Numbered from the stretch's first letter, positions 31,404 through 44,328 are shown. The stretch: DNA of 64,000 nucleotides from Candidatus Hodarchaeota archaeon (GCA_029856365.1 JAHQWW010000002.1:69098-133097); one strand, 5' to 3'. Program-made: numbers and translations. The notes: generated by a model from the sequence alone, not told the origin.

Positions 31404-31607
31404 TCATGCCCTTTTCCAAAGTATTTTTTCACCATCGGCCATTCGTTTACTAATCTGCTTAAGCTCTTGAATTTCTGAATTAGATAATTCTTCTTCAGGC
31501 AAGGTAATGAGGAGTTCTAATCGTTCAACCTTTTTCTTAAGCTCTAATAATTCCTTATAAATTGTTTCAAGAGTTATGGTTGCCATCTTTGCCACTTTAT
31601 TCAACAA
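31404..31607 (-). CDS. Putative antitoxin of the RelE module (likely start at MATIT)
   Basis: Small acidic protein upstream of relE, EEELSNSEIQEL. Confidence 0.7.
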   Translation of the reverse strand: MLNKVAKMATITLETIYKELLELKKKVERLELLITLPEEELSNSEIQELKQISKRMADGEKILWKRA

Positions 31608-31757
31608 ACTTAGTTCATGAAAGATTTACTCTTATTATCTTATAAATTCTTGGATAAAATTTGCATTAAGTTCTGAAACAATTTTTCTAGATTATTTCAT
31701 AGAATATAAGGAGGTTCGTGTGTAATACCAACGATATATTACTTTTTATATAACGTT

Positions 31758-32964
<1,207 letters not shown>

Positions 32965-33562
32965 TGTAAGAAAAAAAATGATCGATTTTGTTCAAGAATT
33001 TGAATTATTCTTTGAAAAAATACCAGAAGACAATTTTATTAACGAAATAGCTTTTTCACCAACCAGACAGATTGTAAATAGAATATTTTTAGAATAATTT
33101 CTTGAATTCCGAAAAAAAGTGATATAGGAATAGTTTCCAAATTAGTATAGCTATAGAAACATTAATTAATGAATTACTTAACTAATTAATGAATAGAAAC
33201 TTATCATTTTACATTCAGATTTATTTAACATTCAGATTATTTCATCTAGAAAATTCAGATTATTTTGTCATCCTCACAAACTGTATGTATTAACATACTG
33301 TTTGATCTTTTTTTTTGTCGTGATAGACATACTTTACATATAAAAAACTAATCTTATCCAACGTTAATTCAACGAAAATCTTTATGTTTTCTTTATATAG
33401 TCTGGATGTCGTTTAACCAGAGTTATAGTACATCATACGTATCAACATACGTATTTTCGGTAACATATCCAACGTTAATGAAGACTTTTTACATAAAATT
33501 AAGTGTCATCCAGTTTGTAAGTTATCCAAAGTTACAAGCCATATTCCGGAGGTTTTTTGTTT

Positions 33563-33611
33563 AATGGTAAAAATTGTTTTATTTAACCACAAAATATTAA
33601 AACTTACCATT
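33563..33611 (+). promoter_or_regulatory. Inverted repeat (aatggtaa...ttaccatt) around the TATA-like element of the AbrB-VapC operon
   Basis: Arms 33563-33570 and 33604-33611. Confidence 0.45.
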
Positions 33612-33631
33612 TCATATTGAATTGACCTGAA

Positions 33632-33874
33632 ATGTCTGTTACAAAAATTGATAAAAACAATCGGATTGTTATAGATAAAAAAACTCGAACAAAACTCGGG
33701 CTAAAAACAGGAGATTCTCTCATATTAATCCCTTCTGGAAAAGAAATCCGGTTAATTCCAGTAAAAAATAACAAGACATTCATCGGAAGTCTCAATAATT
33801 TGAATTATGATCCTGATGATCATAAAGCAACAGAAATATTACTTAGAGAAGGAAACAAGGCATCTCTAAAATAG
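33632..33874 (+). CDS. AbrB/MazE/SpoVT family antitoxin
   Basis: KIDKNNRIVIDKKTRTKLGLKTGD. Confidence 0.85.
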   Translation: MSVTKIDKNNRIVIDKKTRTKLGLKTGDSLILIPSGKEIRLIPVKNNKTFIGSLNNLNYDPDDHKATEILLREGNKASLK

Positions 33875-33885
33875 GAAGCGAGACA

Positions 33886-34326
33886 ATGCCCGTTATTGAC
33901 ACCATAATCCTCTTTTCCGCAGCAAATACAGAACATAAATGGCATTTGATCGGAAAATCAGCCTTAAACTGCGTTAATACCTGGGATAATTGGTGGATTC
34001 CTTCTTTCACACTGGTAGAATTTGATCTTGTTTTAAAAAGTCGAGGATTTTCAAATGAAGAAAGAATGGAAAAATACAGCTTACTCATCCATGATTTTCC
34101 TAATATCCTGAATAAATCCTACCCGATTACTCCCCTTGTATTACATGAAACAAGCCGCTTAGAGGAGGTGTACGAGTTAGATTATTTTGACGCTGGAATC
34201 GCTGCTACCTCTTTGGCCGTAGATGGAAAAATTGCGACTAATGATCAACAATTAAAACGAATAACCGAAATTGAATCGCTATGGGAAGAAATTCTGAACC
34301 AACGAGGAAGGGGAAATAACAATTAG
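33886..34326 (+). CDS. vapC: PIN-domain VapC toxin
   Basis: VIDT, LVEF, LDYFDAGIAAT, IATND. Confidence 0.88.
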   Translation: MPVIDTIILFSAANTEHKWHLIGKSALNCVNTWDNWWIPSFTLVEFDLVLKSRGFSNEERMEKYSLLIHDFPNILNKSYPITPLVLHETSRLEEVYELDYFDAGIAATSLAVDGKIATNDQQLKRITEIESLWEEILNQRGRGNNN

Positions 34327-34410
34327 ACTTTATATTCTATCTTAATAATACACCTACTATTTTTAGATATGAATAATGTTAGATTCACTTTGATCTAAGA
34401 TTAGCTTCTT

Positions 34411-35567
34411 CTATACTCTGGTTCCTGTGATTTGCCACGATTGAGAAGTACAATCAAAACACGTGCTACCAAAAAATTTTACTGTAAATGTCGCCTGCCA
34501 AGTGTCATTATCGATAAAAGTCCCCTGTAAGGCGAACAGATAAGAACAGGATCCAGGTGAATAAAAGCTAACATCTATAGTACCTTCTGATGCCGAAGAA
34601 CCCGTCATATACCCTTCACCATTCATAGCTGGTTGGATAACTACTGTTGAACCATCGTCTACAAAGGTAAACTGCGTATATTGTAAGTCAAGAAGTCCAA
34701 AAGCACAGTTAAAAGAAATAGATGGATTGAGATTATAAGTACCCGAAATAATGACCTTAATTGTAATGCTATCACTTCCAGAAAGCCCAAAATCACGCCC
34801 ATCATAAGGAGTGACCACACATGTCCATTCATCTCCAATCAAAGTCTGATTTGATGGTACAGAGATACCTGTTAAACCAGTCGTGATTCCATTCCGAAAC
34901 CACTCATAAAAATAAGTAACTGTATCATTATCTGCATCATAGCTAGAAACAAGGATTGTACAGCTAAGAGTTTCATTACTATATGCAGGATCAGGTTCAA
35001 TGAGGACAATAGGTGCCGAGGGAGGGATGTTTTCAGGTCCTTCAGCTTGTGAAATCACAATGGTATCATTTCCAGGGGAGCCATAATCAGTTCCATCATA
35101 GGGGGTAACTATACATGCCCATTCATCTCCAACTGAAGTCAGAGTAGGAGAAACAGTCTCCCCTGTCAAACCAGTCGTATTCCCATTTCGAAACCACTCA
35201 TAAAAATAAGTAACTGTATCATTATCTGCATCATAGCTCGAAACGAGGATTATACAGCTAAGAGTGTCATTATTATATGCAGGATCAGGTTCAATGAGAA
35301 CAATAGGTGCCAAGGGAGGGGTGTTTCTAGATCCTTCAACTAGGTATCAATGATAATACATGTAAGAGAACTATTACTGAATGCGGGATCTGGTTCGATA
35401 AGAACCTCAGGAGCGGTAGGAGGAATGTTTTCTTGGATCTGCTCCTAGTCCAAAAGTTGAATGCAACCAGAAAGAAGGATGACAAGAATGAGTGAAGATA
35501 TACGCAGGAGTGAAGGAATGATACTTCGAGCATAGGGAGGATGATTCAGCAAGAGGAGTCTAACCAA
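34411..35567 (-). pseudogene. Disrupted lipoprotein with Ig-like 98-aa repeats
   Basis: Lipobox LLSGC (Cys 35463-35465), TAG at 35445-35447, truncated first repeat joined out of frame to two intact repeats 294 bp apart. Confidence 0.7.
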
Positions 35568-36021
35568 AAAATAAGAATAACCTAAGAAGAATTAAACTTG
35601 GGAATAATTAAAGTTTTGGTATGTACAATAGTGCGTCCAGGATTCATGGAGGAATTGAAATACATTTGTACGCGATGAAATATTGCCACAGGTAATTTTT
35701 AGTTGAGGTGATGCGGGAAAACTGAATTTTTTATAACATTAAATGGAAAAAGAAAGGAAAATGACACATTAAAAATTGTAGATATACTGCAAAGTAGGTG
35801 TAAATTATTTGGTACAAAAGAAAGATAGTATTATTATTCCAAGCAACCCCAAAATGGTTATACATTGTATAATTGGAATAGTTTCATTTTTTTTATTCAA
35901 TTTTCTCTATCATTTCATATTCTCATCATTAGTCTCCCTCACTGAAAAATATATTTTCACTCTCAGTACTTTCGTTATTTTTATTACATTTTACATATTT
36001 ATTATCTAAAAAGGGGTAAAG

Positions 36022-36234
36022 ATGATGACCCTTCTAAAAAGTAATTTATCCACATTACAAATAAGACAAATTGGTATCTATTATGGTAGTCTATTTGGAA
36101 TTGTAGAGATTTTTATCTTTAGCTTTCTTAGTTTGATTTCACTAGTTCTTATCTTTATTGGATCATATTTAGCAGTAGTGACTATCTCGGTAATTCTTGA
36201 AAAAGTGAAACTAGGAACTTATGATCCAGATTAA
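36022..36234 (+). CDS. Small hypothetical membrane protein (a similar small hydrophobic ORF lies at 35809-36009)
   Basis: AGGGGT SD, two hydrophobic segments. Confidence 0.35.
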   Translation: MMTLLKSNLSTLQIRQIGIYYGSLFGIVEIFIFSFLSLISLVLIFIGSYLAVVTISVILEKVKLGTYDPD

Positions 36235-36444
36235 AATAAAACATAATAGTTTTTTATAGATAATTTGAAGAGTTCTGATCCTTTCTCTTACTTTCACACA
36301 GACAATAGATATTATTCCTTGGGAAAAAAAGAATTTTGTATCAAGTTAGTTGCTTTTATAGGAGTGTGAGCCAGATGATTAAAGAACAACCTTTACAACA
36401 AAGCTTTGAAGAATAGATTGTTATTACTCAAATCTCAATATTTA

Positions 36445-36470
36445 TATAAATGGTTATAAATGGTTATAAG
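36445..36470 (+). promoter_or_regulatory. Tandem (tataaatggt)x2 overlapping the TATA box; probable antitoxin operator
   Basis: Copies at 36445 and 36455, just before ATG 36480. Confidence 0.5.
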
Positions 36471-36479
36471 TGAACTATA

Positions 36480-36701
36480 ATGAAGACTACAATTCAAATA
36501 GATAAAGAAGTTTTGAATGCATTAAAAGAACTGAAGAAGCATTCACGACAAACCTATAATGAGCTCATTTCTGAGTTAATTACTTTTTATAAAAATGTAT
36601 CTATCAACAACCAATATGATGAGTTTCTTCACAAGATCCAACAAGAAAAAATGAAAGAATTATGGGATAATAAAGAGGACGAGGCGTGGGAAAATGTATA
36701 A
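36480..36701 (+). CDS. RHH-type antitoxin
   Basis: TTIQIDKEVLNALKELK...TYNELISEL; acidic LWDNKEDEAW tail. Confidence 0.8.
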   Translation: MKTTIQIDKEVLNALKELKKHSRQTYNELISELITFYKNVSINNQYDEFLHKIQQEKMKELWDNKEDEAWENV

Positions 36702-37008
36702 AGCTGGAGACGTGATTCTTGCTCAGATTCAGTTTACAGATACCTTCGAAATTAAAAAACGCCCATCAGTTATATTATTTGAGGAATTTGATAATGTTAT
36801 TGTGGCAGGAATTACTAGTAATTTGAGAATGGAAGGAATATCGTTATCAAAAGATGAGGGGGCAATTAAAGATAGTATTATTAAGCTGAATTATATTTTT
36901 ACTATTTCTACTAAAATGATTGTTAAAAAACTCTTCTCCTTAAGCATCACGAAGAAAAAACTTCTTTATCAAGAACTGACCAACCGTTTGAGCGAGCTCA
37001 TCAACTGA
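36694..37008 (+). CDS. mazF: PemK/MazF family toxin
   Basis: GDVILAQIQFTD..KKRPSVIL...VAGITS. Confidence 0.88.
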   Translation: MYKAGDVILAQIQFTDTFEIKKRPSVILFEEFDNVIVAGITSNLRMEGISLSKDEGAIKDSIIKLNYIFTISTKMIVKKLFSLSITKKKLLYQELTNRLSELIN

Positions 37009-37011
37009 TAA

Positions 37012-37686
37012 TCTAATGAAATAATTGAAGGGAGTATTATTCGGCTTAATATCTTAAAAGATTTAGCTAACTTTGATGTTCTCAATCACTCGTACACTGA
37101 ATTCCAAGAGTATTTTTCAATCATAATTGATGATAAAATTGAATATACTCAGCTAGATGATAAGATCAACTATATAATAATGCTTCTAGATTCAGGTATG
37201 GCTCTTGGATTTCCGATGGTATAATCTACCCGATTTAAGTATAATGATGGAGTTAATTTTACCTTTGCTGAAGAAGTTACATATCGATTGGGTTCCAATA
37301 GTGAATATAATCTTTCAATTAATGAAACAATGGTGAGTTGGACTTTCAATAATTCACATTTAATCTCTGTATTTGATAGTACACAAGAAACTTATACGTT
37401 TAATACCAGTAAAGGAGTGTTATTATCAGCGGATCTTGTATATAATTCATTAAACTTCAGTGTATCATTAGTTTTAGTAAGTTATGAAAATTCTAATCCT
37501 AATGGAGAAACTACATCATTAATAACGACTACACCTTCTTCCATGTATCCTAAAACAACTACTACCGTTAATCCCAGTTCGACCACCACCTCTACTACTG
37601 TCATTCCAAGTATCATACCAGGATTTTATCTAATTTCCGTTTTAATGGCGGCAATCAGCATATTAGTACGTAGAAAAAAGAAATAA
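37012..37686 (+). pseudogene. 5'-truncated surface protein with internal TAA (37222) and an IPGF C-terminal anchor
   Basis: Frame open from 37012 except for one TAA; Thr-rich linker, IPGF-TM-RRKKK. Confidence 0.7.
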
Positions 37687-38224
37687 TCTTAAAACGTCGT
37701 AAAAGGTTGATAGTATGAAACTTTAACACGATCGTTCATTAAAAACACCAAAAAAAGCAGTTCAATTTAGGGCTTTAGGAATCTATGAAAGCGACGCGAT
37801 GCATAATATAGGAAGAATGAAAATTCATGAAAATCCAGAAATATTAGAAGAAGCAATTGAAAGATTTTACGAAAAGGAAGAAATTGTCTACATCAACAGA
37901 GTACTATTTTTGTGATTTTCTTTCTCTTTACAGGTTTAATCAGTTTGATCATAGAACGAAAATCGTTGTAAGTGTATTTCTTGTCCATCGATTATCACTC
38001 GAACCTAGCAAGGTAGATATCCGTCATTGAGTTCTTCCATTGTAAATGGCAATTGATATCTGATATAACTTGCTTCTGAGGCAGGAAATGTTAGTTTCTC
38101 ATCATACCAAGCATGTATTCTATACCCATAATCCTTAGTCTTAGTTGTGGAAGAAATGATTATCCTAAAAATGGTACTCACACACATATTTTATTAATGT
38201 AACAAAATTAAAGGAATATAGGAA

Positions 38225-38857
38225 TTAGCTTCTCCTCTTTTTCATAAAGACCTGTATTTTAGCTATCTCCTCCCTATCCTGATCTTCTAATGCTTCATTA
38301 ATAACATATATCTCGTTTTTTATTTCTTTGATTAAGATATTATCCAGAGCATTAACTCGTTTTTGTGTTTTTCTGATTTGTTTTCCTATTTTTCTTAAGA
38401 GGCTTTCTTCAGAAGCTAGCCTAACTATTATAGAAATCAATTGTTCAAAGATTTTGGTTACAGCATCTATTTTACTACTTGAATCAAGAAGTGATAGCTG
38501 TCTTTTTCTTAATGTGCTTATTTTTCCCTCCAGTTTTAATACAGAAGCTTTGACACCACTAATATTTGTGTTCATCAGAGAAACAAAGAAATGCTCTTTA
38601 GAACTGAACGCTGCATATTCTATCTTTCTTCCCTCGCTACCTTGAACTAAAGAAAGCATAATTCGGGCTTGGTTCGTTTGTTCTAGTACTCTAATCCGTA
38701 ATTCAACAAGTGCCTTTCCTCTTCTGGTAAGCTCATCAATAAGTGAGGTAACTCGATCTTCTAAAAGATCTCGTGCAGAGATTGCTGTTTTCAGTTCCTC
38801 TTTTTTTTTCTGAAGTTCTAGCTGTGTAATATTAATAGTAGAACTCATTTTAAGCAT
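38225..38857 (-). CDS. atpD: A/V-type ATPase subunit D
   Basis: LLEDR, IRKTQKRVNALDNILI, LEDQDREE. Confidence 0.92.
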   Translation of the reverse strand: MLKMSSTINITQLELQKKKEELKTAISARDLLEDRVTSLIDELTRRGKALVELRIRVLEQTNQARIMLSLVQGSEGRKIEYAAFSSKEHFFVSLMNTNISGVKASVLKLEGKISTLRKRQLSLLDSSSKIDAVTKIFEQLISIIVRLASEESLLRKIGKQIRKTQKRVNALDNILIKEIKNEIYVINEALEDQDREEIAKIQVFMKKRRS

Positions 38858-38875
38858 CCATCTTATTGCAAGCTT

Positions 38876-40249
38876 TTAATAATAGTGATCGACAACGCTT
38901 TTTTTGATTCGTGTAAGTTCATCCTTGGGAATCATTCGTAATAATTCCCAAGACAAATCAAGACTATTTTCGATGGTTCTTCTGACCTGACCTTGATGAA
39001 TGAATCTTTGTTCAAACTCATCTGTAAACTTTAAGAAACGTCTATCCTTGTCCGAAAGAGAATCTACTCCTGCGATAGCAACTAATTGTCGTAGTTGAAC
39101 ACCTTTGGCATAAAATGCGTATAGTTGATCTGCTATTTCTCTATGATCTGCTCTTGTTTTCCCCTTACCGATGCCTGCATTCATGAGACGACTTAGTGAA
39201 GGTAATGGATTAATTGGAGGGTAATAACCCATATTGAAGAGATTACGGTCCAAAAAGATCTGTCCCTCAGTAATATAACCTGTTAAATCAGGAACAGGAT
39301 GAGTAATATCATCATTTGGCATAGTTAATACAGGAAAAAGAGTTACACTTCCCTTTTTAGAAATAATTCTTCCGACTCTTTCATATATCGTAGCTAAATC
39401 GGTGTATAAGTAACCCGGATAACCTAATCTACCAGGAAACTCTTCACGTGCAGCAGACACTTCTCTTAAAGCCTCTGCATAGTTGAGTATATCTGTTAAT
39501 ATTACCAACGAATGATATCCCTTTTCAAATGCCAAATATTCAGCAATGGTCATAGCTATCCTTGGAATTAATAATCTTTCAATTATCGAATCACTTGCAT
39601 AATTACTAAAGAAAATTAGATTGCTAATTTTTGCATTTTCAAAAGACCTTTGGAAGAACCTCCCATCACGTTCGGTAATCCCCATCGCACCAAATATCAC
39701 AGCAAAATCTGCCTCTTGATTTTTAATTCTAGCTTGAGTGGCAATTTGTGCTGCTACTTCCTTTGTTGGAAGTCCTGCTCCACTGAAGATTGGAAGTTTT
39801 TGACCCAAAACTAAAGAGTTAAGCATATCAATTGAAGAAATTCCTGTTTCTATAAAATCTCCCGGTTTAATTCTTTCAGCGGGATTAATTGGATTTCCAG
39901 TGACCTCATGAAAAGCTTCAGGTAGTATTTCTCCTTGACCATCTATCGGTAACCCCCTTCCGTTCATTGTTCTTCCAAGCATAGCTTCCGCTACCCCAAG
40001 TTTAAAGACATCTTGACTGAATGTTACTTTAACACTATCCTTTTCAATTAATTCTGTACCTTCAAATACTTGAATTATGGTTAGATTAGGATCAGCTTGC
40101 AGGACTTGTCCTTGTCGGATTTCCCCATTAGACATTTCAATATTGATCATCTCTTCAAATAAGACTCGTTTAATATTATTTAAGAACAATAATGGCCCTT
40201 GAATCCGCTCAACTGTTTGATATGTAACACTTTCTAAACCTGTATTCAT
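38876..40249 (-). CDS. atpB: A/V-type ATPase subunit B
   Basis: GQKLPIFSG, GYPGYLYTDLATIYER, DDITHPVPDLTGYITEGQ. Confidence 0.98.
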   Translation of the reverse strand: MNTGLESVTYQTVERIQGPLLFLNNIKRVLFEEMINIEMSNGEIRQGQVLQADPNLTIIQVFEGTELIEKDSVKVTFSQDVFKLGVAEAMLGRTMNGRGLPIDGQGEILPEAFHEVTGNPINPAERIKPGDFIETGISSIDMLNSLVLGQKLPIFSGAGLPTKEVAAQIATQARIKNQEADFAVIFGAMGITERDGRFFQRSFENAKISNLIFFSNYASDSIIERLLIPRIAMTIAEYLAFEKGYHSLVILTDILNYAEALREVSAAREEFPGRLGYPGYLYTDLATIYERVGRIISKKGSVTLFPVLTMPNDDITHPVPDLTGYITEGQIFLDRNLFNMGYYPPINPLPSLSRLMNAGIGKGKTRADHREIADQLYAFYAKGVQLRQLVAIAGVDSLSDKDRRFLKFTDEFEQRFIHQGQVRRTIENSLDLSWELLRMIPKDELTRIKKSVVDHYY

Positions 40250-40264
40250 AAAAAAGCCTCATTT

Positions 40265-42094
40265 TCACGCTTTTCGCTTTCTATAAGCTTCTAACTTCTC
40301 TGCAACAATATTTCGGATCTCTGAGATCTGTTTTAAATTTTCTAGCTCTTTCATTCTGTTAACACGTTCAAATATACTTTTTTCTTTTTCAAAAATCTCC
40401 TTAGTAGTATGACCAGATCTAATCGCACTTGTAATCCATTCATATGTCATTTGAAGTGTTAGAGCCATTTCATATGTCTTCTTAATAGGACAATATCCAT
40501 CAATATCGGAAAAAGCAGATTGTCGTAAAAAACCATCTCGTATTAGTTCAGCAGCCGCTAGGGTACCAAGCTGTGGTTCTGTTAATGTATCCTTACCAAT
40601 TAGTCTGACAATCTTCTCGATTTCTTCCTCATCTTTTAAAATCTTAACTATTACTTTCCTACTTTCTCTCCAATTTCCTCCAATATCAGGGTATTTGTCC
40701 CAATAAGCTAGGATTTCATTAAGATATTGTGTAAAACTAATTTCAAAATTTATTGCAGGGTAATGTCGTTGTCTGGCAAGATTAACATCAAGACCCCATA
40801 ATGCATTGGCATATCTAAGCGTGTACTGGCTTATAGGATCCGAAAAGTCCCCACCTGGAGGTGAAACCGCTCCTATTACTGTAACACTTCCGATTCTATT
40901 TGATTGTGCTTTCACTTTTCCGGCACGTTCATAAAACCGTCCAATAAGTTTGGGAAGATAACTTGGATATCCTTTCTCACCAGGAACTTCCTCTAATCGT
41001 ACACTCACTTCTCTAAGTGCTTCAGCCCAACGACTAGTTGAATCTGCAGTCACCGCAACTTTATAGCCCATATCACGGAAATACTCAGCCAAAGTCATTC
41101 CTGAATAAATTGAGGCTTCTCGGGCAGCAACAGGCATATTAGAGGTATTTGCAATTATTATTGATCTTTCAGACATCGGTTTTCCAGTCAAAGGATCATT
41201 TAATTGCTTGAATTCAGCTAAAACATCAGCGATCTCGTTACCTCTTTCCCCACATAAAGTTAATATCGCTATATGGGCACTAGAAAACTTTGCTAAAGTT
41301 TGTTCAAGTATGGTTTTACCAGTTCCAAAACCTCCAGGAATCATTGCTGTTCCTCCATCAATTATTGGATAGAGAAAATCTAGTACCCTTTGTCCAGTTA
41401 TAAAAGGTTGAGTGTCAATCACTCTTTGTTGGAATGGTCGGGGGATCCTTACAGACCAATAGTGATAAAGCATAATAGGATTCCCATCTGTATAATGACC
41501 AATCGGGTCTTCGATCGTAAATTTCCCCTCATTTATTTCTTTTATAACGCCTTGACGATTAGGGGGGTTAAGAATATAATGTTTAATTGCATCCGTTTCT
41601 TGTACATAACCTAAAATTTCACCTCCGTTGAGTTTATCCTTAGATTTAACCTCAATTGTATTATATTTCAATTCAGCAAACTTTTCACCTATTTCTATCT
41701 CTTTAATATTTTCATATTCAGGAATAAAATGCCACTGCTTTTTAATTGGTAAAGGATTTCCACTCATACCTTTTTCGATAAAAAGATAGCCTGATCCTTT
41801 CAACTGTCTTTGAACACCGTCAATGATATTTCCCAGAAGCCCAGGACCTAATTTCAGACTCAATGGTCTATTAAGGTCTTGAATTGGTTCTCCAATACCC
41901 AATCCAGAGGTTTTTTCATATACTTGAATAATTGTTTTGTTTCCTTGGATTTGTACTATCTCCCCAATGAGCTTATCCTCGCCCACATAGACTATTGAAT
42001 TCTTTTTTGATCTTTTTAGACCTTCTGCATGAACCACAGGTCCAATCACCCTTATAATTCTCCCCAAATTGTTACTTGAGCTCATTCTTCTCAC
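40265..42094 (-). CDS. atpA: A/V-type ATPase subunit A
   Basis: GGFGTGKT, CGERGNE, ANTSNMPVAAREAS, VSPPGGDFSDP; no intein. Confidence 0.98.
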   Translation of the reverse strand: MRRMSSSNNLGRIIRVIGPVVHAEGLKRSKKNSIVYVGEDKLIGEIVQIQGNKTIIQVYEKTSGLGIGEPIQDLNRPLSLKLGPGLLGNIIDGVQRQLKGSGYLFIEKGMSGNPLPIKKQWHFIPEYENIKEIEIGEKFAELKYNTIEVKSKDKLNGGEILGYVQETDAIKHYILNPPNRQGVIKEINEGKFTIEDPIGHYTDGNPIMLYHYWSVRIPRPFQQRVIDTQPFITGQRVLDFLYPIIDGGTAMIPGGFGTGKTILEQTLAKFSSAHIAILTLCGERGNEIADVLAEFKQLNDPLTGKPMSERSIIIANTSNMPVAAREASIYSGMTLAEYFRDMGYKVAVTADSTSRWAEALREVSVRLEEVPGEKGYPSYLPKLIGRFYERAGKVKAQSNRIGSVTVIGAVSPPGGDFSDPISQYTLRYANALWGLDVNLARQRHYPAINFEISFTQYLNEILAYWDKYPDIGGNWRESRKVIVKILKDEEEIEKIVRLIGKDTLTEPQLGTLAAAELIRDGFLRQSAFSDIDGYCPIKKTYEMALTLQMTYEWITSAIRSGHTTKEIFEKEKSIFERVNRMKELENLKQISEIRNIVAEKLEAYRKRKA

Positions 42095-42111
42095 TTATTT
42101 ATGTCGAATCA

Positions 42112-42450
42112 TTAACCAAGTTGAATATGAATTCCACTGCTTTGAACAATAATGTTTTCTACATATTTAATCGTCGCTTGGCTCCTCTTTCTATTGTCAA
42201 GTATTGCTTTAAATGGAGTCGATACAATTACAGGCTTATTCAACGTTTCTAGCTTTTTCTTAAAAGTAACATCAAATTCTGAGTATAGGTAATCCGCGAT
42301 TGCAATTAATCCAATGTCTGATTCCTTTAATAGAGTATCAATTTTTTTCTGAGCAGAAATTGAATCAACAACAGAATATGTTACAATTCCAGCTAATTGA
42401 AATCCAAGGTTTATATCAGCACCAGCGACGATTATAATTCTTTCAGGCAT
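42112..42450 (-). CDS. atpF: A/V-type ATPase subunit F
   Basis: GFQLAGI, DIGLIAI; operon position. Confidence 0.88.
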   Translation of the reverse strand: MPERIIIVAGADINLGFQLAGIVTYSVVDSISAQKKIDTLLKESDIGLIAIADYLYSEFDVTFKKKLETLNKPVIVSTPFKAILDNRKRSQATIKYVENIIVQSSGIHIQLG

Positions 42451-43552
42451 AAATTATCCTTCTAGCAAGTAATTGGGGATTAATTCTACCATGAATACCA
42501 TAGATAATAATTTCTAAATTTCTCAATTCAGCAATCAAACTGTAATAATAGGAAATTAATACATTGAGCTTCATTGAAAAATCATACTTTTTCTTCATTT
42601 GGTATCTAATGAATTCTCTTTCTAATTTTGTTTCATAGTCCAATTCTTGAATCCCTATTTCTTTATAAACCTCTGAAATAGAAATTTTCGAAAATGGAGA
42701 TCTACCAAGTATTTCTGATATTTTTTCGAAATCACCATTTTCTAAATAACCAGAAATCCTTCGAATGTCAAATTTTTCTCCTCCAGGAATAAAAATTTCT
42801 CTCGGAGGGTATACAATAACACTAGAAGGCTCGAATCTGTATGTTCGAATCCATCGTAAAGCAATTTTGATATTCTCGTGATCAATTTCCTCTTGAACTA
42901 GTTTTAAAAAGGCATTTCTTCTTGTAAGGTTAAAAATAGATCTATCATTAAATGTTTTTAAAAGATCAATAATTTTGGAATAATAAAATTTGTTTAATAG
43001 GTTTTCAGTATGCCATTCCTTGTTTTCAAGATTTATTTCATTAATTTGTGTTAATATATTACAAAAAGTTGACTTTTTTGCACATAATAATTTTATGAGA
43101 CCCTCTAAATTTGTTGTTGTGAAAAGATCTAATAGATCCGAGGCGTTTAGATCTCCAATAGGGAGACAATGGTTACAAGCTGTTAGGAAATTTCGCCGTT
43201 CTTTAAGTGGAATAGAGCTATTCAATGTTCTGATAGCAATTTTAATATTAAAGACATCCCAATATCTTAGCAACCACGAGATACAATCTGAATAAGGTTG
43301 ACTAACAATATGTTTAATAATCTCTATTTGGTTGCGAAAATAAAAAACAATCGCTTGATTTAATGTTTTAGCAGGTTGCGTGTTCAGATAAGTCAATTTA
43401 ATATTTTGATTATATCTGGTTCTTGAAAGAACAGTTGCCACATGATCAACTGATGGTTGCTGAAGCAATGTTTCATATTGATCCTTTTTCAGGAGGTAGC
43501 TTTTCATTGCTCGTAAACGTACATTTAACCAATCAAAATTCATTTTACTCAT
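42443..43552 (-). CDS. atpC: A/V-type ATPase subunit C (d/AC39 family)
   Basis: NVRLRAMKSYLL, WDVFNIK, EID..NI, ELRNL. Confidence 0.9.
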   Translation of the reverse strand: MSKMNFDWLNVRLRAMKSYLLKKDQYETLLQQPSVDHVATVLSRTRYNQNIKLTYLNTQPAKTLNQAIVFYFRNQIEIIKHIVSQPYSDCISWLLRYWDVFNIKIAIRTLNSSIPLKERRNFLTACNHCLPIGDLNASDLLDLFTTTNLEGLIKLLCAKKSTFCNILTQINEINLENKEWHTENLLNKFYYSKIIDLLKTFNDRSIFNLTRRNAFLKLVQEEIDHENIKIALRWIRTYRFEPSSVIVYPPREIFIPGGEKFDIRRISGYLENGDFEKISEILGRSPFSKISISEVYKEIGIQELDYETKLEREFIRYQMKKKYDFSMKLNVLISYYYSLIAELRNLEIIIYGIHGRINPQLLARRIIYA

Positions 43553-43594
43553 TATAAATGCCTTATATGTTTAGCAACATGAAATAGTGAATAT

Positions 43595-44242
43595 TCATTT
43601 ATTCATCAAATTACTAATAATTCGATCTTCATCCCACGCTGGTTGCGATATAGAGCTAAATAATATTGATCCAAGTTCCTTTTGCAAGACTCTCCGACTA
43701 TTTTCTATACGTTTTGCCAAAGTATTATTTATAACGATTTTTTTGTGGAGAATTTCTATTAAATAACCCCCAAGGAGATTGGGATTTAAATCGTCTAATA
43801 TTGATGTTTTACTTGTGTTTAAATCGACAAGGTGTACGTCTTTGGATAAAACATGAATAATAACTGAATCATTTGATCTAATATATTTATGAGTGATTAT
43901 TTTTAAAGATTGACGAAAGAAATTATTGTAATCTTCTAATGTTATTCTATTTAGTGACCCTTGAAAAGTGTCTAGGAAGTTATTAATTAATTCTAACTTT
44001 TTTAAATTAGTTTTATGTCTAACCTCAAGCTTTTTTTCAGCTAAGGTGTTTCTAATAATTTGAATAATCTCACGATCTGAGGTTTGATTACTATCTTCTA
44101 TTAGTGCTATTCTTTGTCTCTTAAAATCATCCTCAAGTTTTTTAAGAGTTGTATCAAGATCCTGTTGAATTTCAGCTATCAACTGCATTTGCTTTTCTTC
44201 TAAACCAAATAGAACTGACGATTTCTTGTTCATTTTTTCCAC
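43595..44242 (-). CDS. atpE: A/V-type ATPase subunit E
   Basis: N-terminal coiled coil, LGGYLI...INNTL..RI. Confidence 0.8.
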   Translation of the reverse strand: MEKMNKKSSVLFGLEEKQMQLIAEIQQDLDTTLKKLEDDFKRQRIALIEDSNQTSDREIIQIIRNTLAEKKLEVRHKTNLKKLELINNFLDTFQGSLNRITLEDYNNFFRQSLKIITHKYIRSNDSVIIHVLSKDVHLVDLNTSKTSILDDLNPNLLGGYLIEILHKKIVINNTLAKRIENSRRVLQKELGSILFSSISQPAWDEDRIISNLMNK

Positions 44243-44328
44243 TGTTTGCTTTATTTATATAGGATTCATAGCGTTTCTAGATCATTGCGAGTTAAGCAAA
44301 GTTGTTTGAACACTAAACTTAGATTTAT

